Positions 27,684 through 36,056 of a stretch of DNA of 64,000 nucleotides are shown piece by piece; the first letter of the stretch is position 1; each line of letters begins with the position of its first letter. The position numbers were made by a program, and so were the translations under genes. The notes under the pieces were generated by a model. The model was not told the origin of the DNA, made no database searches, and saw nothing but the letters and a program-made list of their open reading frames with translations. This DNA comes from a bacterium (lineage in GTDB: Bacteria; Hinthialibacterota; Hinthialibacteria; Hinthialibacterales; Hinthialibacteraceae), in the NCBI GenBank assembly GCA_963662285.2, contig CAXXMV010000008.1, positions 164,242-228,241 of the forward strand, read 5' to 3'.

Positions 27684-29201
27684 TTATTGATGCAAATCCC
27701 AATGTTCAATAGACGAAACATTCTCAACAAGGTTCACTTTTACTGTAACTTTTTTTGTGCCGGGACCAGAAAAACCGAAGGGATCACCATAATCCCAGGC
27801 TTCATAATAAGGGCTTCTTGTGGTGGTATCGAAGCGCCAATTTTCAGGGCGTTCATTTTGATCGCTTACACTTTCTCCAGAAACACCTATGAAAACACCG
27901 TTTAACCACACTGCAGTCGCATCGTCACCTGCAATTTTTACAATAAGTTCTGTAATTGCGTTATAATTTTGAACATCAAAAATAGAACGTGTATAAATGG
28001 TTAAACTAGATTCATCCACTTTAATATCTAATTTTCCATTTTCGCCGTTTGATCCATATCCGATAGGAAAACCAAGGTCAGTATTGTGGTTCCATTGACT
28101 CTCGTCAAAGTTACGTTGTTTCCAACCGGGTATTTCTTCACCCCTGCTATCTTTCCTGTAGACTGTTTTCCAAAAAAACTTTGTATCAGGAATCCAAGTT
28201 CCTAATTCACCATTTGTGTACATAACTCCATTATTATCGGATAATTCGACGGAACCTGCCAAATCGTCGCTCTTGAGATTTTCGTTATATATACCTGTTG
28301 CAAGTACATTATCTTTCCTATAGAGAGGGACTATGATATCCGCTTTGGTAAACGACAACATCCAACTGTAAATATCGGAATCTATCTTGTTATAAACTCT
28401 TTCCCATATATCATGGCCTAATTCTGGATAAACAGTAAACTCAACATTTCCTCCTAAGTTCCGAAGATTTATAACAGTTGATTCTCCTTTTGAAAATGGA
28501 AGGGTGTAATCACGTTTACCATGAAACGCCCAAATGGGTATGTCAACCAGGTTCTCAAGCGCAGCCGGTGGAGCAAGAGAAAGATCAGAACTAAGAGACC
28601 TTACATCGCTCGTTCCACAAATAGGAACAGCGGCGGCGAAAAGTTCGGGATGTACACTGGCGTAACTCCACGTACCGCATCCTCCCATACTATTTCCTGT
28701 TAAGTAAATTCGTTTACGATCTACGGCATAATTGGCGAGAACATCATCTAGCACTTGATCCAGATATAGTTCAAACCACCATTCGCCTGGAGGGCAATGC
28801 GGAGAGACAAGAATGAATGTAAATCCCTCTTCTCCAAAGAGTTCTTTCATCTTTGCCGGATCTTCTACAATTCCAGAAGGTTTATCTTTAGAATTTCTTA
28901 AGAAAACTATATCATCCGGTCTATTGGGTGCGAATCCATGAAGAGATAATAATAATGGCCATTTATCTTCTGTTTGGCCGTAGTCTTTCGGCAGATAGAG
29001 TAAATAATCATAATGGAATCCCTTGGATTGGACAACTTGTTTACCAGGTTCCTGCGCTTTGCTTTCAGAAAGAGTTAGAAATAAAAAACTAAACAAAAAA
29101 ACGATTATCCATGCCCACTTGATTTGAGTGATTTGAAATAAAAAATTAACAAATGATCGAAAATATTTATTTAGATATTCTGCTGCCGTAAATAAACTCA
29201 T
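27684..29201 (-). CDS. Secreted alpha/beta-hydrolase (esterase/peptidase S9-CE1-like) with extra C-terminal beta domain and W-x-L-H tail
   Basis: ATG at 29201 is 8 nt after AAGGAG. Signal anchor. WPLLLSLHGF, nucleophile elbow GNSMGG, PIWAFHGKRD, GHDIW (Ser-Asp-His triad candidates). Ends ...IEHWDLHQ. Confidence 0.7.
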   Translation of the reverse strand: MSLFTAAEYLNKYFRSFVNFLFQITQIKWAWIIVFLFSFLFLTLSESKAQEPGKQVVQSKGFHYDYLLYLPKDYGQTEDKWPLLLSLHGFAPNRPDDIVFLRNSKDKPSGIVEDPAKMKELFGEEGFTFILVSPHCPPGEWWFELYLDQVLDDVLANYAVDRKRIYLTGNSMGGCGTWSYASVHPELFAAAVPICGTSDVRSLSSDLSLAPPAALENLVDIPIWAFHGKRDYTLPFSKGESTVINLRNLGGNVEFTVYPELGHDIWERVYNKIDSDIYSWMLSFTKADIIVPLYRKDNVLATGIYNENLKSDDLAGSVELSDNNGVMYTNGELGTWIPDTKFFWKTVYRKDSRGEEIPGWKQRNFDESQWNHNTDLGFPIGYGSNGENGKLDIKVDESSLTIYTRSIFDVQNYNAITELIVKIAGDDATAVWLNGVFIGVSGESVSDQNERPENWRFDTTTRSPYYEAWDYGDPFGFSGPGTKKVTVKVNLVENVSSIEHWDLHQ

Positions 29202-29404
29202 TCCCATTTCTCCTTGATGGATAATCAAAAAATCGAAATTCATCAAATCAGTTTATCCTATAAAAAAAACAATAAAGCATGGGCGCCAAGGGCAAAACCG
29301 CATTGCGTCCAGCCCTTGATGCTGTTACTTATAATATAGAGAATTCATCAAGAACTTACTTCACCTTTGCCTATGAGTCTGGATAATTTTCTACTTGAAG
29401 ATGA

Positions 29405-29632
29405 CTAAAGGAGTTTGAGGAATTCTTCGCGTTCCAATCTCAAATCATGCTTCACAATTTTAAGCAATAATCCCCTGTCCAATTTTTCGCCGGGGTGATT
29501 AGGGATAACTGTTGTCCTGCCGTCAGGATGCTCAAAGAAAATATGACTGCCACGCTGACGCTTATAGGAAAATCCCAGCCTATAAATAACATCAATAATT
29601 TCCTTCGCAGAAAGCTGAGGAAACCTCGACAT
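29405..29632 (-). CDS. hicA: HicA-family mRNA interferase toxin
   Basis: LGFSYKRQRGSHIFFEHPDGRTTVIPNHPGEKLDRGLLLKIV matches the HicA (YcfA) signature. Starts 1 nt after the hicB stop. Confidence 0.85.
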   Translation of the reverse strand: MSRFPQLSAKEIIDVIYRLGFSYKRQRGSHIFFEHPDGRTTVIPNHPGEKLDRGLLLKIVKHDLRLEREEFLKLL

Positions 29633-29633
29633 C

Positions 29634-29846
29634 CTAAACCTCTACCTCGATTTCCTGCAAGCCAACAAAACGTGAACGCTCAGAGGGATTCTTACATTCC
29701 ATGTAGAGTGCAATCGCCTCCTTGGTTCGCCCCATCAACTCATCATACGTCTTGCCTTGTGAATGGCAGCCGGGAAGCCCAACCACTTCGCTTATGAGAT
29801 AGCCGTCCAGACCCTCCTCAATAATAACCGTAAAACGCTCAGGCAT
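29634..29846 (-). CDS. hicB: HicB-family antitoxin (UPF0150-type)
   Basis: ATG at 29846 is 6 nt after GGAGG. FTVIIEEGLDGYLISEVVGLPGCHSQGKTYDELMGRTKEAIALYME is a typical HicB N-domain. Confidence 0.75.
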   Translation of the reverse strand: MPERFTVIIEEGLDGYLISEVVGLPGCHSQGKTYDELMGRTKEAIALYMECKNPSERSRFVGLQEIEVEV

Positions 29847-29925
29847 AATAAACCTCCACTCAATTCTTACATGATAGTATACCACCAACCATATATATAA
29901 TGATTAGTTAAGTTTTTAGCGAAGC

Positions 29926-29970
29926 AGGATGGGACAAAGCGAAAGCGTGTCCCATCGGTTTTTCTATTCA
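29926..29970 (+). repeat. Second copy of the terminator-like hairpin module seen at 11944
   Basis: GGATGGGACAAAGCGAAAGCGTGTCCCATCGGTTTTTCTATTC versus GGATGAGACAAAGCAAATGTTTGTCTCATCCTTTTTCTATTC at 11946. The similarity extends beyond the stem into the TTTTTCTATTC flank. Confidence 0.7.
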
Positions 29971-30059
29971 CCCACGAATCATTGAACAATGTTATAACTC
30001 GCGCCCCCTCGCCCTATCCGATGGGAGAGGGGGCGCTTGGTTCACAAGTTAATCTCTTA

Positions 30060-31454
30060 TCAAACGCCTGGATGCTGCCAAGGCTTACGATATGGGCGGC
30101 TTAGTAGTTTTGTGGCTTGCTCGTCTCCAACAACTACGCGCTGCTTGGGATCGTAAATCAGCGGACGGCCTCCCAGTTTCATGGATAGATTGGCCAGAAT
30201 GCAGCTGGCGGTTGATATGTGGCCTTCTTCGATATCGGCGACAGGTTTGCTGCGCTTTTCAATCGCTTTCAGGAAGTCCAGCATGTGCAATCGCGTGGCT
30301 GGAGCGGCATTTAGTTCGATGCGTTTCTCGTTCACATCTTCAGGATATTTCTCGCGCTCGTATATGCAATCGAAATGGATAGGCTTGGCATTACCGCCTT
30401 GTGGAATAAAATCGGCGCGCATAGTGCTCGCTTTCAGGGTTCCCTTGTCGCCGTAAATGAATATGGCCCAGGGGTAGTCGGGATCAGGAGGCGTCCCCCA
30501 GGTGCGATGCTGCCAAAGGGCGTTAAATTTGTCATATTCAAAAGTAGCAATTTGGGTATCAGCGATGTTCGATTTGCCATCCTTCTGCACCAGGATTCCG
30601 CCAGTCGAAGTAATACGGTTGGGCCACCCCAGGTCAAGCATCCAGCGGGCGGTGTCGAGCATGTGGACGCACATGTCACCCATAATGCCGTTGCCGTATT
30701 CCATGAATGTCCGCCACCAACGCGTGTGCGGCAGCCCGTCGTAAGGACGTAAAGGCGCCGGACCAGTCCACATCTCATAGTCGAGGAAATCGGGAACCGG
30801 CTGGACCTCCGGATTGCCATTGGCTCGCATGTGGAAATAGCAGCATAGTTCGACATGAGCAATGTTTCCCAACATGCCCGATTCAACAATCTCTTTCTTG
30901 GCATTAATCAGATGCGGAGTGCTTTTGCGTTGGGTGCCCACCTGCACCACCCGGTTATATTTGCGGGCGGCGTCAACCATCGCTTCACCTTCACGCACAT
31001 CAACACTGATAGGCTTTTGACAATACACATCCGCGCCGGATTTTACTGATTCAATCATTTGTAATGCATGCCAATGATCCGGCGATCCAATCAGCACGAT
31101 GTCGAGGTCTTTCTCTTGCAACATCTCGCGGTAATCGTTATAGGTGCGCGGCGTTTTATGGCCCTTTAATCTTTGGCCATGAATTTCAACAGCCTCAGCT
31201 AGCATATTTTTATCCGGGTCGCAAATCGAAACCACTTCAACCGGCGTCACCTGAATGAGCCTCCAGAGATCGCTCTTGCCATACCAACCGGCGCCAATCA
31301 ATCCCACCCGCTTAGGCTTATCGCCAGCAAAGGCTAACGCGCTTGCATTTAGTGAAGAAAGCGCCAGCGATGCGGCGCCAGCCTGAAGGAAACTACGGCG
31401 GTTAATATTGGATGACCCGGTTCGCGGATGCTCTGATTTTATATCCATGTTCAT
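30060..31454 (-). CDS. TAT-exported Gfo/Idh/MocA family oxidoreductase
   Basis: Twin-arginine signal (NRRSFLQAGAASLALS), Rossmann motif GLIGAGWYG, GSPDHWH and the C-terminal Gfo/Idh/MocA alpha/beta domain. Confidence 0.85.
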   Translation of the reverse strand: MNMDIKSEHPRTGSSNINRRSFLQAGAASLALSSLNASALAFAGDKPKRVGLIGAGWYGKSDLWRLIQVTPVEVVSICDPDKNMLAEAVEIHGQRLKGHKTPRTYNDYREMLQEKDLDIVLIGSPDHWHALQMIESVKSGADVYCQKPISVDVREGEAMVDAARKYNRVVQVGTQRKSTPHLINAKKEIVESGMLGNIAHVELCCYFHMRANGNPEVQPVPDFLDYEMWTGPAPLRPYDGLPHTRWWRTFMEYGNGIMGDMCVHMLDTARWMLDLGWPNRITSTGGILVQKDGKSNIADTQIATFEYDKFNALWQHRTWGTPPDPDYPWAIFIYGDKGTLKASTMRADFIPQGGNAKPIHFDCIYEREKYPEDVNEKRIELNAAPATRLHMLDFLKAIEKRSKPVADIEEGHISTASCILANLSMKLGGRPLIYDPKQRVVVGDEQATKLLSRPYRKPWQHPGV

Positions 31455-31768
31455 GAAATTCTCCTCGTTATATGGTCAGTTTAATAAATAACAGGAAATA
31501 CATTTTCCCGGCTGATGTGATTATTCCACATGAATACAGGCAGTACAAGAGACGCTCATTTAGGTATCCATCAAGTAATTATCCTAATAAGCGCTCCCTT
31601 AGTTTGGCTAGTATATCAATCCGTTCATGCAAAACGGCGATAATAATGGGATTTTAACCTTTGGTATGAAGGAAGGCATATTCAAGACTCATTGTTTGTC
31701 AGGACTTCCTGCTAAAAACGGCAGTTAGATTATATTTATAAAGCCAATTGGAATATTTAAGGTTTTAG

Positions 31769-31918
31769 AAAACAACTCCCTCTTGTGATTCTCCCCCAGG
31801 CTTGGGGGAGAGGGATTTTGGGAATATAACCAGTTATATTGTATTGACTTAGTCATACAAAATACTGTGGTTTAACATTCCTCTCCCAAGATTGGGAAAG
31901 GTTAGGAGAGGGTTGATA
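31769..31918 (-). repeat. MITE-like element, long form (copy L1) of the GGGGGAG-hairpin family
   Basis: Its reverse complement aligns end to end with 47180..47326: identical 44-nt end TATCAACCCTCTCCTAACCT(T/C)TCCCAATCTTGGGAGAGGAATGT, a diverged AT-rich core, and a conserved other end CAAAATCCCTCTCC...GGGAGAAT...AAGAGGG(A/G)GTTGTTTT. Confidence 0.85.
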
Positions 31919-32039
31919 GCGACCACTCGTGTAAAGGGATAACCAGCAAAACGAGATTGACCTTTCAGGTGAAACGAAACAATATAGCATTATCATTTAT
32001 CTTATTGATAACAAATGATTTATATATACCTTTCCTGAA

Positions 32040-33227
32040 TTAACCGCCGTTTTTAGGATCAAAAGGATGGAGCGCTTCTTTCAGCGGCAGCCCTACAACT
32101 TCGATACGGCTTAGATCGTTGGTTCCCATACCTTTGGAAGCCAGGAAGCGTAGGTGGTTTTCTCCTGGAAACGGATGTTCCATGTGGTTCGCCATTGGAT
32201 CGAAACCCATGACGGCGGTTCCCACGGCATCGGCGCAGACGCCGTTTCTTCCAGCCAGCAGAACCTTCGGTTCCTGGAGTTTGACTCCCTGGTTCCAGTA
32301 GCCCTCACCGCCGCTGATGGTTCGGATGCCGTCGATGATGGTCAGATCAACGGGACGGGCGCCATAAATATCGGACACAATGCGGGGGATGCGGTATTTC
32401 CAATGTTTTTCCAGACCGTGGTCGAGTTCCTGAGGGACTCCGGCGGGAGGCTTGGTTCTGCCATTGTGGAACATATTGGTTCTATGCGTAAGAGCGTTTT
32501 CGCCGGGAGCATCGTTGCCATATAACGAACAGGGCGTGTTGCCGAACATGTTTTTGATGGTCATGGTGACGCCTGCGCAGGCGTGTTGCTTCAATTTGGA
32601 AAGCGATACGAGGACGTCGGTTTTCTCAAAGCGCTGGTTCAGGTCGAAAGCGGGATAGATGAAGCCGCCCCAGGGCACTTTGAACCTGCTGTAACCGGGA
32701 AACTTTCCTTTGTTGCGCATGTCTTCGAAAGTCACCTTGTGGCCGCCCGCTGATTGAATCGCCGCAACGTCCCAACCTTCTTTAATCAATATGTCCTCGA
32801 AGGGATCTTCCCAGTAGAGATTTTCGATAATCACGATACGCTTGGCGCCTGCGTCGTTCAGGATAGCGCACAATGCCCCCACCGTGTGAGGATGGGTTTG
32901 ATAGGATTCATAAGCGGGCATACCTGCGAAAGGTTTCCACTGCATTCCAGTGAGGTTAACCTTTATGGTAACGGTCTTATTGCGCACCAGTTTGTCAACT
33001 CCACCGATCAAGTCTAACGCAGCCTCAATTTTGCTCCTCACCAGTTTAGGTTCAAACGACTCACAACGCTGGATGGCTACCGGAGTACTAGGCGCCTTAT
33101 CCGAAAGATCAACTTCCGCTCCTGCGCTTTTAGCGCCATAGGCGCCCTGTAATCCGCTACCCGTCAGTAATCCCGTAGCCCCCAGACTACAACCTAAGAA
33201 TTTACGTCTATTCAAATGATTCGACAT
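32040..33227 (-). CDS. TAT-exported DUF362 domain protein
   Basis: Twin-arginine signal (NRRKFLGCSLGATGLL). VTIKVNLTG and HPHTVGALCAILNDAGAKRIVIIEN are typical of DUF362. Confidence 0.65.
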   Translation of the reverse strand: MSNHLNRRKFLGCSLGATGLLTGSGLQGAYGAKSAGAEVDLSDKAPSTPVAIQRCESFEPKLVRSKIEAALDLIGGVDKLVRNKTVTIKVNLTGMQWKPFAGMPAYESYQTHPHTVGALCAILNDAGAKRIVIIENLYWEDPFEDILIKEGWDVAAIQSAGGHKVTFEDMRNKGKFPGYSRFKVPWGGFIYPAFDLNQRFEKTDVLVSLSKLKQHACAGVTMTIKNMFGNTPCSLYGNDAPGENALTHRTNMFHNGRTKPPAGVPQELDHGLEKHWKYRIPRIVSDIYGARPVDLTIIDGIRTISGGEGYWNQGVKLQEPKVLLAGRNGVCADAVGTAVMGFDPMANHMEHPFPGENHLRFLASKGMGTNDLSRIEVVGLPLKEALHPFDPKNGG

Positions 33228-33406
33228 AGTTTTTGTTTTCCTTCGATTTATATTGATAATCCATTATGCTTGCTCGTTAATATTAAATCCTATCGTCAAA
33301 GTTCAACCAAGTGGATGGCGGAGCGCCCTATTTTAATTAAAAAAAACAGGTAAATAAGATTCATCCCGCAAGTGAGTACTTATTGATTTAAGCAGAATCA
33401 AAAAAT

Positions 33407-33493
33407 GTCTGAATCATGATGCCCAGGATGAAAAGGATGCTCATGATGAAAAATCCTGAGTATCCTGCTAATCCGGGGTATCCAGATTCAGAC
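33407..33493. repeat. TIR-bounded MITE (family B, short copy B1)
   Basis: TGTCTGAATC...GATTCAGACA terminal inverted repeats flanked by A/T runs. Internal GGATGCTCATGATG and AATCCTGAGTATCC blocks are shared with 45629..45780. Confidence 0.8.
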
Positions 33494-33724
33494 AAAAAAA
33501 TAGACTCAAATTTTTTTAAAAGTACAAAATTCGAATTGAATCGTAAATAATATTGAATACTATCAACGTAATTACGTTATTATAGTAGATAAAACACCAT
33601 GTTGGATTGAGAGGATAATCATGAAAACCAAAACAAAATTTCTTTACAATACTAAATTCCTTATTTGCGAAATTCTGTTCTTTTGCTTTTTAGCGTTTAT
33701 TTATTACTTTTTCGGGTAGATAAA

Positions 33725-34192
33725 TCAACAGGCAACCTGGGCAGCCTTTTTAGAAATATGAAGTTCACCACATGTTGTTTTAACTTCGGTTTTATATGTT
33801 GATAAAGAGAAACCAAGAGTTACGGCCTGGTTTAAGTATTGATTCAAACTCACACCTTGTTTCTCAGCAGCCTCAACCAATGATTGATGCATTTCCGGTG
33901 TGGTTCTAAATAGAATTTTTCCATTATAATTGGTTTCCAGCGTAGTTTCTTCAACTGGTTCTGGTATAACCAAGCCCTTTTCAAGCCAGAATTCAAACAA
34001 ACTTTTCCTGGCTTCCCCTAATTCCAAAAGCGCTTCCTCTTGCGTGTCTCCAACCGCGACGCATGAAGACTTGCCAAGAGTGGGATTGTAGGCTTCAAAT
34101 CCCCCGCCCTCTTCAATCGGTATAGGCTCAATGATTGTTTTATAATTCAAAGACAAAAAATACTCTAAATCCTTTTTTCGTTGCTTAGCCAT
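33725..34192 (-). CDS. hicB: HicB-family antitoxin with C-terminal ribbon-helix-helix
   Basis: HicB N-domain (YKTIIEPIPIEEGGGFEAYNPTLGKSSCVAVGDTQEEAL) plus an RHH-like tail (FRTTPEMHQSLVEAAEKQGVSLNQYLNQAV). 8-nt overlap with the upstream hicA-like gene. Confidence 0.7.
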   Translation of the reverse strand: MAKQRKKDLEYFLSLNYKTIIEPIPIEEGGGFEAYNPTLGKSSCVAVGDTQEEALLELGEARKSLFEFWLEKGLVIPEPVEETTLETNYNGKILFRTTPEMHQSLVEAAEKQGVSLNQYLNQAVTLGFSLSTYKTEVKTTCGELHISKKAAQVAC

Positions 34193-34487
34193 TTTCCTTC
34201 ACCTGCAAATATTTAATGAACTCTAGAACAGTCTTATAGTATCTCTTCTTAACCTTGTTTTTGTGAACGGGTATTGAATACGTGTTGTTTCTTATATCCA
34301 AACCAGATATAGATTCTTCATGTTGGAAATTATCCCATTCAGGATGATATATTTTATAATGAGAACCACTCGCTGGATTAGCTAATTTCAGACCGCTTTC
34401 TTCAACAATCGATTTAAAACTGCTAAAAGGAACTTCATTTGGAGAATTATTCAGCCACTTTTCCAGTCTCTTTTCACGCTTATTCAT
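34185..34487 (-). CDS. hicA: HicA-like toxin (extended form)
   Basis: SGSHYKIYHP ... SIPVHKNKVKKRYYKTVLEFI follows the HicA pattern (GSH...vP.H.k.i....v..il), with an insertion and an N-terminal extension. Confidence 0.6.
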   Translation of the reverse strand: MNKREKRLEKWLNNSPNEVPFSSFKSIVEESGLKLANPASGSHYKIYHPEWDNFQHEESISGLDIRNNTYSIPVHKNKVKKRYYKTVLEFIKYLQVKENG

Positions 34488-34654
34488 GAGCGTAATTCCT
34501 ATATTACTTAATAGTATCTGTAAGCGCTCATACTATTAAACTTGATATCGTATATGATATCACCAATAAACGTAGTGTGTATACAAATTTTTCCATTTTT
34601 TTAATTTCTTTAACCATTCTCCTATAATAGGAAGAGATAATACCATTGTTGACG

Positions 34655-35824
34655 TCAATCCATCACATCAAGATCAGTCAAAGAATAGGCGTCATAGGCT
34701 TCTTGAACCATTCCCTGTTTTACGTCTCCACGATGAATCCATACGCGGTATTGCAATTCAAGACTCTCACCCGGTTCAATGGTATATGATCCGGTTCCGG
34801 GCCAGGCTACGCCGTTTATGCCGTAATAGCGGATAGTCCATCCCGGTGGATAATCGTGATGATCCTCTGGAATGAAGATGGCGCTGCCGGACATCTTATC
34901 GGCGCCATGCCATATACCTGAATAATCAGCCCAGGGCATCCGCATCATGTTGCTGTCTTTGGTGTGATAACCGCTATCGCTGGTGATGGTTTTGCGGTCG
35001 CCCGCCGGGACGCGGAAATAGAGGCCGCCATAGCCTTTGCTATAATGCGTTTCACCTTGCAGAATAATTGGCTGGTTGAGCGCGGTTATTTTCAAGGTTA
35101 CATCTATGGCCCTCCCGGTCTCATCAGCCTTAAAAACGACTAGTTCAACATCTTCCTGCGCGACGCGGGCATCTCCCGTATACCAGCCGTTTTGAGAAGC
35201 GATAATGGCGCATACCGGTCCGGTTTCTTTATATAACCACTTTTCAAATCTAGGTTTAACTCCATTCAAAGCCCACAGATCAACATGCTTGCCGCCTATC
35301 ATAATATTAGGCCAACTCCAGAATAATCCGCGATGATGGTAATGATCAGCAGGAAAATCATCAGTCAGGATTTCTCCATCAAGCCCCCATATCGGATGGA
35401 CATAACAAGAGCGGTATAGCGATTCAGGAACTCCTGCACGGGTCATCAGGCCAAAGTTATAACATAGCACTGGTTTATCGTTTTCGGTCAGATAGAGGTG
35501 TTCCTGCTGTTTTTCCTCTATTTGAAACAGTGGTTCGTGGTTTGGCTTAGACCTTTTATTAACAGATATCTTTAGAACCGCAGATTGTGGTATGGCATTT
35601 TGAGGAATGATAAAGTAAATCTTTTCAGGATTATGGAGCGACCGTTGCAAGGGTATTGATAAGTCGTTGTCGTTATTCTTAAGTACTAATTCATCCCCGC
35701 TCAAAGATGATTGTTGAAGATGCCAAATAATCGGTATAGAAACGCCATTATGGGCTGGACCATTGATCTGTACGATAGGGTTGGCGGCGCAAATAGTTAA
35801 TAGAATAGCTATAAGTGATGTCAT
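34655..35824 (-). CDS. PmoA-family (DUF6807) secreted protein
   Basis: Signal peptide. Core motif HPIWGLDGEILTDDFPADHYHHRGLFWSWPN matches the H-x-HHRG-[LI]-[FW] signature of DUF6807. Confidence 0.6.
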   Translation of the reverse strand: MTSLIAILLTICAANPIVQINGPAHNGVSIPIIWHLQQSSLSGDELVLKNNDNDLSIPLQRSLHNPEKIYFIIPQNAIPQSAVLKISVNKRSKPNHEPLFQIEEKQQEHLYLTENDKPVLCYNFGLMTRAGVPESLYRSCYVHPIWGLDGEILTDDFPADHYHHRGLFWSWPNIMIGGKHVDLWALNGVKPRFEKWLYKETGPVCAIIASQNGWYTGDARVAQEDVELVVFKADETGRAIDVTLKITALNQPIILQGETHYSKGYGGLYFRVPAGDRKTITSDSGYHTKDSNMMRMPWADYSGIWHGADKMSGSAIFIPEDHHDYPPGWTIRYYGINGVAWPGTGSYTIEPGESLELQYRVWIHRGDVKQGMVQEAYDAYSLTDLDVMD

Positions 35825-36056
35825 TAGAACTCATCCTTAAATAGGTTAAAACGTGGTTGGTAAGGTAAAATTTATCAATCCTCACCGGGCCTCTCCCATT
35901 CCTGGAAGAGGTATATAAAGATACTAACATATTTCGGCGGCCTGCTATAGTTTTAATATAAATGCACTCTAAATTTCATGAAAACTATTGAATATTCTTA
36001 TAATCCAACCATAATTCAATTATCAACAGGTACATATTCTTCAAGGAGATAACTCA

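Noticed and set aside
30092-31258. Multiple 64-156-aa ORFs overlapping the Gfo/Idh/MocA gene
   Set aside because: They are alternative-frame or antisense products of a GC-richer gene. None has a recognisable motif or RBS.
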